A stretch of DNA of 63,469 nt, filler included, from Acidimicrobiia bacterium (lineage in GTDB: Bacteria; Actinomycetota; Acidimicrobiia; Spongiisociales; SHLN01), in assembly GCA_041619515.1 (NCBI GenBank). It is 6 parts of 4 records of this genome, joined end to end, with 100 filler letters (N's around TTAATTAATTAA, not from the genome) between each part and the next. Parts side by side here need not be neighbours in the genome. Positions count along the whole stretch, not along the records: positions 56,507 to 58,828 come from JBFKDW010000005.1; positions 58,929 to 63,469 come from JBFKDW010000005.1; 4 more parts are not named here. One strand, written 5' to 3'. Positions within the stretch are counted from its first letter, which is position 1; each line of letters opens with the position of its first letter. A program made the position numbers and the translations under genes. Under the pieces are notes generated by a model. It worked only from the letters and a program-made list of their open reading frames with translations. It searched no databases and was not told the origin of the DNA. Of the stretch, positions 57,637 through 63,469 are shown piece by piece.

Positions 57637-58695
57637 CTACACCTCCTGGAAGAGGTACTTGCGGATGGCATCGACGCGGTCTTCGAAGCCATCCTCGTAC
57701 AGATACCACAGCACGGCGGTGACCGAGGACAGCAGTGCATTGCCGTCCTGGGGCGTGAAGCAGAAGCCGACCAGTTCGTTACCGTTCCGGACTGCCAGGG
57801 TCTCGATCGGGATGACGGTTTGGCTGAGAATCCGGCCGTAGAACCCGTGGTCACGCCCAAACGAGAAGATCTGGTTGGCCGACCGCTTGTAGGTGATGGC
57901 CACCCGCGTGTTGGCCTGCAGCCGGTCGACGGCCTCGTCGACGGTCATGTTGCGGTCGAGCGCCAGGCTGAACCAGATGGAGTGCATGTACTGGGTGGGC
58001 AGCTTGATGGCAGAGGACCACAAGGGCAAGTCATGTCCCAGGGTCGTGAAGAGCTCATGGGCATCCCTGGCGTGGTGGGTACCAAAGCGCTCGTCGTCGT
58101 GGACCCCGGCGGTGGGAGAAGGCACGAACGAGCCGTCCTGGCTGATGTCGTTTGCCCGCCTCATGCACAGAAACCTGCCGGCTTCGAGGTGACTGGTCCC
58201 GTCGAGGTCCATGGCCAGGGTCTTGACCAGGGAGGAGATGTTGTGCGTGTTGCACGAAACCACCTGGATGAACCGGTCATCGCTTCTCACGAGCGCCGAA
58301 TCGTTGATCCCGCGTGCATAGGGTTTCCCAAAGCCGAACTCGGAGCCCTGGGCCAGGAAGCCGAGCGGGCCGGCTGCAGTCTCGTAATACCTGGACTTGT
58401 TGGCATTGCCGGCCGGCGTGCAGTCGATGACCACCGAGGCACGGTCGATTGCGTCCTGCGCGTTGTACTTCGGCGTCAATCCCATCGCCTCGAAGTCCGA
58501 CCAGCGGTCCGAGTCGACCGCCAGCGACGCTCCCCGCCTGATCAGGTCGCTCACCTTGCCCCGCTCGTCGATGAGCGGCGTCCGCTTGTGGAAGGTGATC
58601 TCGTCGATGCCGAATGCTTCCCGATAGTCGTCGAGCAACCCGATGAGCGGTTCGCCGATGGTTCCGGTTCCCTTGACGTGAACGATATTCCCCAT
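57637..58695 (-). CDS. Archaeal-type (class II) glyceraldehyde-3-phosphate dehydrogenase-like protein
   Basis: GTGTIG, VIDCTP, AQGSE, VVSCNTH, RRAND, HHARD; SD AGGAGG. Confidence 0.75.
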   Translation of the reverse strand: MGNIVHVKGTGTIGEPLIGLLDDYREAFGIDEITFHKRTPLIDERGKVSDLIRRGASLAVDSDRWSDFEAMGLTPKYNAQDAIDRASVVIDCTPAGNANKSRYYETAAGPLGFLAQGSEFGFGKPYARGINDSALVRSDDRFIQVVSCNTHNISSLVKTLAMDLDGTSHLEAGRFLCMRRANDISQDGSFVPSPTAGVHDDERFGTHHARDAHELFTTLGHDLPLWSSAIKLPTQYMHSIWFSLALDRNMTVDEAVDRLQANTRVAITYKRSANQIFSFGRDHGFYGRILSQTVIPIETLAVRNGNELVGFCFTPQDGNALLSSVTAVLWYLYEDGFEDRVDAIRKYLFQEV

Positions 58696-58828
58696 ACAGC
58701 TCCTCCTTCCGCGGAAGGCTATTCGTAGATGAGTGCGCTCAACTGGCGCAGCTTCGTGAAGTCGTGGGTGGCCCGCATCGACCGGATCGACCCGGTCTTG
58801 GAACGCATGACCACCGAATGGGTGGTGG

Positions 58829-58928
58829 NNNNNNNNNNNNNNNNNNNNNNNNNNNNNNNNNNNNNNNNNNNNTTAATTAATTAANNNNNNNNNNNNNNNN
58901 NNNNNNNNNNNNNNNNNNNNNNNNNNNN
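58829..58928. other. Artificial contig linker
   Basis: N-run with TTAATTAATTAA. Confidence 0.97.
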
Positions 58929-59673
58929 CGCCGGTGGTGGCCGCCAGCGAGGCATCGAGGCGGCCATGGAGGATTGCCATCCAGCGGAGGACCAGGCGCA
59001 GCTCATCGGACGTCGAAAGCACCAGGTTGGGCCCGACCGTGAGGGTATCGAGGTCGATATCGGGCTGATAGAACCGATTGAACAGCACCAGCCCGTCGGC
59101 GCCGGCATCGACGAGGCGCCGGGCCATGTGTGCCATCGAGGTGAAATACGGCCCCACTTTCACCGCCAACGGTATGCGCACGGCCTCCCGGACCCGCCCC
59201 ACCAGCCGGAGGTAGTCGTCGACCACCTGCGGCCCGGTGCGCGCCATGTCCGCTGCGATCAGGTAGATGTTGAGCTCGAGCGCGTCGGCACCGGCATCCT
59301 CGATGATTCTGGCATAGAGCGTCCACCCACCTGCCGAGTCACCGTTGAGGCTGGCGATCACCGGGATCGACAGAGCCTCCTTGGCGGCCCGTAGCCGTTC
59401 GAGGTAGTCGTTTGCCCCGGTGTTGTATTCGTCCATCTCCGGGAAGTAGCCGCCGATCGACTCGGCCGAGATCTCGGATCCGTAGTCGAGGGCGGCATGC
59501 ACTGCCATCGCCTCATGTTCGATCTGCTCCTCGAACAGAGACGGCAGCACCACCGCCGCCGCCCCGGCAGCCTCCAATTGGAGGAGAGAGTCGACCTCCC
59601 GGGTCAGAGGAGAGGAGGAAGGAACGATGGGATTCGCCAGCTCGAGACCGAGATACTTCGTCGTCAGGTTCAT
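58929..59673 (-). CDS. Dihydroorotate-dehydrogenase-like flavoprotein (PFOR-associated), 3'-truncated
   Basis: MNLTTKYLGLEL, SLFEEQI, IASLNG, ELNIY, LFNRFYQPDID; ATGA overlap with PFOR. Confidence 0.88.
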
Positions 59674-62600
59674 TCGCCTTCCTCCAGATCCTCGAATACC
59701 GCAGTGCGGTGCACTTTGACCATCTGCTCGTAGAGCTGCCACCGGTTGTCGATGTCGGCCTGCGCCATGCGGGCGAGCTCCTCGGCCTGGTCGGGGTTGG
59801 CGCGTGCCAGCATCGCGAAGCGACCCTCCTTCGCTGCGAACTCCTTGAACGAGATCGTCGGCTCACGGCTGTCGAGGCGCAGCCCGGGCTTGCCGGCGGC
59901 ATCGGCGGCCGGGTCGTACCGGTACAGCGGCCAGTACCCGCTCTCGGCCGCCCTCTTCTGATGAGTCATCTGGGTTGCCATATCGATGCCGTGGGCGATG
60001 CACGGACTGAACGCAATGATCAGCGACGTGCCCGGGTGGGCTTCCGCCTCGGCGAAAGCCTTCACGACCTGGTTCATGTTCGCTCCCATGGCAATCTGAG
60101 CCACGTAGACGTTGCCATATGACTGGGCGATCATGCCGAGATCCTTCTTGCCGGTCGACTTGCCGCCGGCGGCGAACTTGGCCACGGCCGCCCGCGGCGT
60201 CGCCTTGGAGGCCTGTCCCCCGGTGTTCGAGTACACCTCGGTGTCGAGGACGAGAATGTTCACATTGCGGCCAAGCGCCAGTACGTGGTCGAGGCCACCG
60301 AACCCGATGTCGTATGCCCAGCCGTCCCCACCGACAATCCAAACACCCATGTCCACCAGGTACTCGGCGATCGTCTCGAGCCGGCGAGCACGCGGATCAT
60401 CCATGGTCTCGAGGGCCGTCAGCAGCTCCTCGACACGCCGGCGCTGCTTGCGGACGCCGCTCTCGTCTGACTGGTCGGATTCCAGGAGCTCGTGGGCGAT
60501 ATCACCAATCTCCGCCGAGAGCTCGGTGAGCAGCGTGCGGGCGGTGCGCGCATGGCTGTCGATGGCCATCCGCATCCCCAGTCCGAACTCGGCGTTGTCC
60601 TCGAACAGTGAATTGGACCAGGCGGGGCCACGCCCCTGGTCGTTCTTGGCCCAGGGCGTGGTTGGGAGGTTGGCCCCGTAGATACTGGAGCAGCCGGTAG
60701 CGTTGGCGATCAAGATCCGATCGCCGTACATCTGGGAGAGCAGCTTGAGGTACGGCGTCTCGCCGCAGCCCGAGCAGGCGCCCGAGAACTCGAACAGCGG
60801 TTCGAGCAGCTGCGATCCCTTGATGGAGTCGACCTTCACCTCGGTCCGGTCCAGTTCGGGCAGGCTGAGGAAGAACTCGAAATTCCCCCGCTCGGCGTCA
60901 ACGTGCTCGAGGTGGGAGGCCATGTTGATGGACTTGTGCTTGACCTCTTCCTTGCTGTGAGCCGGGCACACATCCACGCACACCCCGCATCCGGTGCAGT
61001 CCTCCGGTGCTACCTGGATCGTCATGTTCATGCCTGGGAAATCCCGTCCGCTCCACTCTTTGGTCTGGAAGGTGTCTGGTGCTGAACTCAGCTCGGCGGG
61101 GTCGTAGACCTTCATCCTGATGGCGGCGTGCGGGCACACGAGCGCACAGCGGCCGCAGTCGATGCAGATGTCGGGGTCCCAAATCGGAATCTCCTCTGCG
61201 ATGGAGCGCTTCTCCCACTGGGCCGTGTCGGTCGGGAACGTGCCGTCGACGGGCAGGGCGCTCACCGGCAGGAGGTCACCCCGACCCGTCACAATCATTT
61301 CGGTGACCCGCCTCACGAAGTCGGGAGCGATCTCGGGCATGGCAGGCGCCAGGGCAATACCTGTAGTCACGGTGCTGGGAACGTCAACCCTGGCAAGGGC
61401 ATCGAGGGCGGCATCGACTGCCCGGAAATTGCGCTGCAGCACCACCTCGCCGCGCTTGCCGTATGCGCCGCGGATCGATTCTTTGATGGCGGCGATGGCC
61501 TCGTCTCGGGGAATGATCTTCGACAGTGCGAAGAAGCAGGTTTGCAGCACCGTGTTGATGCGACCTCCCAGCTCGGACTCCCGGGCCACCCGGTACCCGT
61601 CGACCACGTAGAACTCGAGCTTCTTGGAGACGATCTCTTCCTGGACGTGGGGCGGAAGATGGTCCCACACCTCGTCCGGTCCGTAGTGGCTGTTGAGGAG
61701 AAAGATGGCGCCCTCGTCGGCAAGGTCGAGCATGTCCACCTTCTCCAAGAACCCGAACTGGTGACAGGCGACGAAGTTGGCGTTCTCGATGAGATAGGTC
61801 GACGTGATGGGTCGGGGCGAAAAGCGCAGGTGCGAGACCGTCATGGCCCCCGACTTCTTGGAGTCGTACACGAAATGACCCTGGGCGAACCGGTCCGTGT
61901 GTGTGCCGATGATCTTCACCGAGTTCTTGTTCGCTCCCACCGTCCCATCGGCGCCCAGCCCGAAGAAGACCGCCTGTACGACGTCGGCCGGCTCTTTCCA
62001 AGGCTCCTCGACTGGGAGGCTGAGCCGGGAGACGTCGTCGGTGATGCCGACTGTGAAATGCCGGCTGGGTTCCGCCGCATCGGCCTCAGCCAGCACTCGC
62101 ATCACCATCGGCGGAGTGAATTCCTTGCCGGATAGCCCGTAGCGGCCTCCGATGACCTTGATTCCGGCGCGCCCTCCCTCCGCCAGTGCTGTGACCACAT
62201 CCTGGTAGAGCGGCTCACCGACGGCACCCGGCTCCTTGGTGCGATCGAGGACGGCGATGCCGGCAACGGTGGCCGGCAGGGCGTCGAGGAAATGATCGAC
62301 GGAGAAGGGGCGATAGAGGTGCACGGTGACCATGCCGACCTTCTCGCCCCGTGCAACAAGGGCATCTACTGCTTCGCGGGCGGCCCCGGCACCCGAGCCC
62401 ATCAGGACGACGACCCGGTCGGCGTCGGGAGATCCGTGGTAGTCGAACAACCCGTAGCGGCGCCCGGTGAGCTCGGCAAAGCGTTCGAAGGTTTTGACAA
62501 CCGCAGGCGCCACCTGCTCGTAGAAGGGATTGGCGGCCTCCCGGGCCTGGAAGAACACATCCGGGTTCTGGGCGGTGCCCCGCAGCACCGGCCGGTTGGG

Positions 62601-63227
62601 GTTCAGCGCCCGCTCCCGGTGGGCGGAGATCAGATCGGTGTCGACCATCTGTCCCATCACCTCAGGGCCGAGCGCTTCGATCTTCATCACTTCGTGGGAC
62701 GTGCGGAAGCCGTCGAAGAAGTGCAGGAACGGGATCCGGGTCTCGAGGGTGACCGCATGGGCGATGAGGGCCAGGTCCTGGGCCTCCTGCACGGAGGCTG
62801 AGCTCAGGAGAGCGAAGCCGGTCTGACGGGCTCCCATCACGTCGCTGTGATCTCCAAAGATGCTGAGCGCATGGGTGGCGATGGTTCGGGCGGCGACGTG
62901 GATGACGGCGGGCGTCAGCTCGCCGGCAATCTTGTACATGTTGGGGAGCATGAGCAGTAAACCCTGGGAAGCGGTGAAGGTGGTGGTGAGAGCACCCGCC
63001 TGCAGAGACCCGTGCATGGCACCTGCGGCCCCGCCTTCGCTCTGCATTTCCACGACCTCGGGCACGGTGCCCCAGATGTTCGGCTCCCGGCGCTGGGACC
63101 AGGCATCTGCCAGCTCCCCCATCGCCGATGCGGGGGTGATCGGGTAGATCGCGATCACTTCCGACAACGAGTGGGCGACACGAGCCGCGGCTTCGTTGCC
63201 GTCCACCACGATGAAGTCAGGTTTCAC
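59670..63227 (-). CDS. nifJ: Pyruvate:ferredoxin/flavodoxin oxidoreductase (single-chain)
   Basis: DGNEAA, YPITP, EMQSEGGA, two CxxCxxCxxxCP clusters, GACSGCGE, GCSSIYG, GGDGW, EVYSNTGGQ. Confidence 0.97.
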   Translation of the reverse strand: MKPDFIVVDGNEAAARVAHSLSEVIAIYPITPASAMGELADAWSQRREPNIWGTVPEVVEMQSEGGAAGAMHGSLQAGALTTTFTASQGLLLMLPNMYKIAGELTPAVIHVAARTIATHALSIFGDHSDVMGARQTGFALLSSASVQEAQDLALIAHAVTLETRIPFLHFFDGFRTSHEVMKIEALGPEVMGQMVDTDLISAHRERALNPNRPVLRGTAQNPDVFFQAREAANPFYEQVAPAVVKTFERFAELTGRRYGLFDYHGSPDADRVVVLMGSGAGAAREAVDALVARGEKVGMVTVHLYRPFSVDHFLDALPATVAGIAVLDRTKEPGAVGEPLYQDVVTALAEGGRAGIKVIGGRYGLSGKEFTPPMVMRVLAEADAAEPSRHFTVGITDDVSRLSLPVEEPWKEPADVVQAVFFGLGADGTVGANKNSVKIIGTHTDRFAQGHFVYDSKKSGAMTVSHLRFSPRPITSTYLIENANFVACHQFGFLEKVDMLDLADEGAIFLLNSHYGPDEVWDHLPPHVQEEIVSKKLEFYVVDGYRVARESELGGRINTVLQTCFFALSKIIPRDEAIAAIKESIRGAYGKRGEVVLQRNFRAVDAALDALARVDVPSTVTTGIALAPAMPEIAPDFVRRVTEMIVTGRGDLLPVSALPVDGTFPTDTAQWEKRSIAEEIPIWDPDICIDCGRCALVCPHAAIRMKVYDPAELSSAPDTFQTKEWSGRDFPGMNMTIQVAPEDCTGCGVCVDVCPAHSKEEVKHKSINMASHLEHVDAERGNFEFFLSLPELDRTEVKVDSIKGSQLLEPLFEFSGACSGCGETPYLKLLSQMYGDRILIANATGCSSIYGANLPTTPWAKNDQGRGPAWSNSLFEDNAEFGLGMRMAIDSHARTARTLLTELSAEIGDIAHELLESDQSDESGVRKQRRRVEELLTALETMDDPRARRLETIAEYLVDMGVWIVGGDGWAYDIGFGGLDHVLALGRNVNILVLDTEVYSNTGGQASKATPRAAVAKFAAGGKSTGKKDLGMIAQSYGNVYVAQIAMGANMNQVVKAFAEAEAHPGTSLIIAFSPCIAHGIDMATQMTHQKRAAESGYWPLYRYDPAADAAGKPGLRLDSREPTISFKEFAAKEGRFAMLARANPDQAEELARMAQADIDNRWQLYEQMVKVHRTAVFEDLEEGE

Positions 63228-63325
63228 GCACGCTCCTAGTTCCTACGGGCGTGGCCGAGTCTACGGACAATCCGGTAGCCCTCATCAGGGCCAAAGGACG
63301 GTTGCCGGTAGGGCCTATGGGAACC

Positions 63326-63469
63326 CGCAACCCCAACCCCCCATCCAAGGCAACGCCGCCGTCTTCTCCTCCCCCGGGAGGGCATGGTGCCCCGCAGGGG
63401 CGGAGGGGGCGTCCGCGCAACCCCAACCCCCCATCCAAGGCAACGCCACCGTCTTCTCCTCCCCCGGAG
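63326..63469. repeat. ~90-bp tandem repeat containing the same REP-like unit as 56295-56341
   Basis: 63326-63377 and 63416-63467 are identical except one base; 63364-63411 is near the reverse complement of 56295-56341. Confidence 0.88.

Noticed and set aside
58729..58828. Open frame MSALNWRSFVKSW... running into contig end
   Set aside because: Only ~33 codons, no SD or recognisable motif; cannot be supported.
15129..58928. Five N-runs containing TTAATTAATTAA, and gene adjacency across them (e.g. thiQ next to NrfD-like, GAPDH next to DHOD-like)
   Set aside because: Identical 100-nt six-frame-stop linkers are artificial joins; neighbours across them are not linked, and truncated genes are not pseudogenes.
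63280..63325. DosR-like boxes upstream of PFOR (CAGGGCCAAAGGAC, TAGGGCCTATGGGA)
   Set aside because: Too many mismatches to call in high-GC DNA.
63326..63469. CRISPR array at window end
   Set aside because: Only two ~52-bp copies, and the intervening sequence is part of a dispersed palindromic repeat.

Overview
High-GC bacterial sequence, most consistent with an Actinomycetota (Acidimicrobiia-like) metagenome-assembled genome. Support: infC-rpmI-rplT-pheS-pheT-mpg...tyrS-rrn synteny, a DivIVA-domain protein, a PASTA-domain class A PBP and many leaderless genes. The window is not contiguous. Five 100-nt artificial linkers (44 N + TTAATTAATTAA + 44 N) split it into six contigs: A 1-15128, B 15229-18685, C 18786-37612, D 37713-56406, E 56507-58828, F 58929-63469. 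Contig A: partial 16S rRNA, tyrS, PBP, giant DivIVA/Scy-like coiled coil, translation genes, rib genes. Contig B: nnrE, glgC, fetAB-like. Contig C: APC-USP permease, maltodextrin/glycogen cluster, FadF/Hdr-like oxidoreductase, TPP riboswitch with thiBPQ. Contig D: NrfCD-like pair, two two-component systems, ynbAB-like lipid operon, HtrA, ABC exporter. Contig E: GH13 and an archaeal-type GAPDH-like gene. Contig F: PFOR and a DHOD-like gene. I found no CRISPR array, tRNA, transposase or integrase, and no single large new system that I can support. The most notable observations are: a 38-bp direct repeat duplicating a gene 5' end around a 690-bp cassette; a candidate dual Sec/Tat ferredoxin; a chimeric-looking 16S; GAA-loop hairpin repeats between tyrS and the PBP gene; an 18-residue-periodic DivIVA coiled coil; a TyrRS with degenerate HIGH/KMSKS motifs; and unannotated small ORFs and operator pairs. 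All family assignments come from motif recognition by eye, not database searches.
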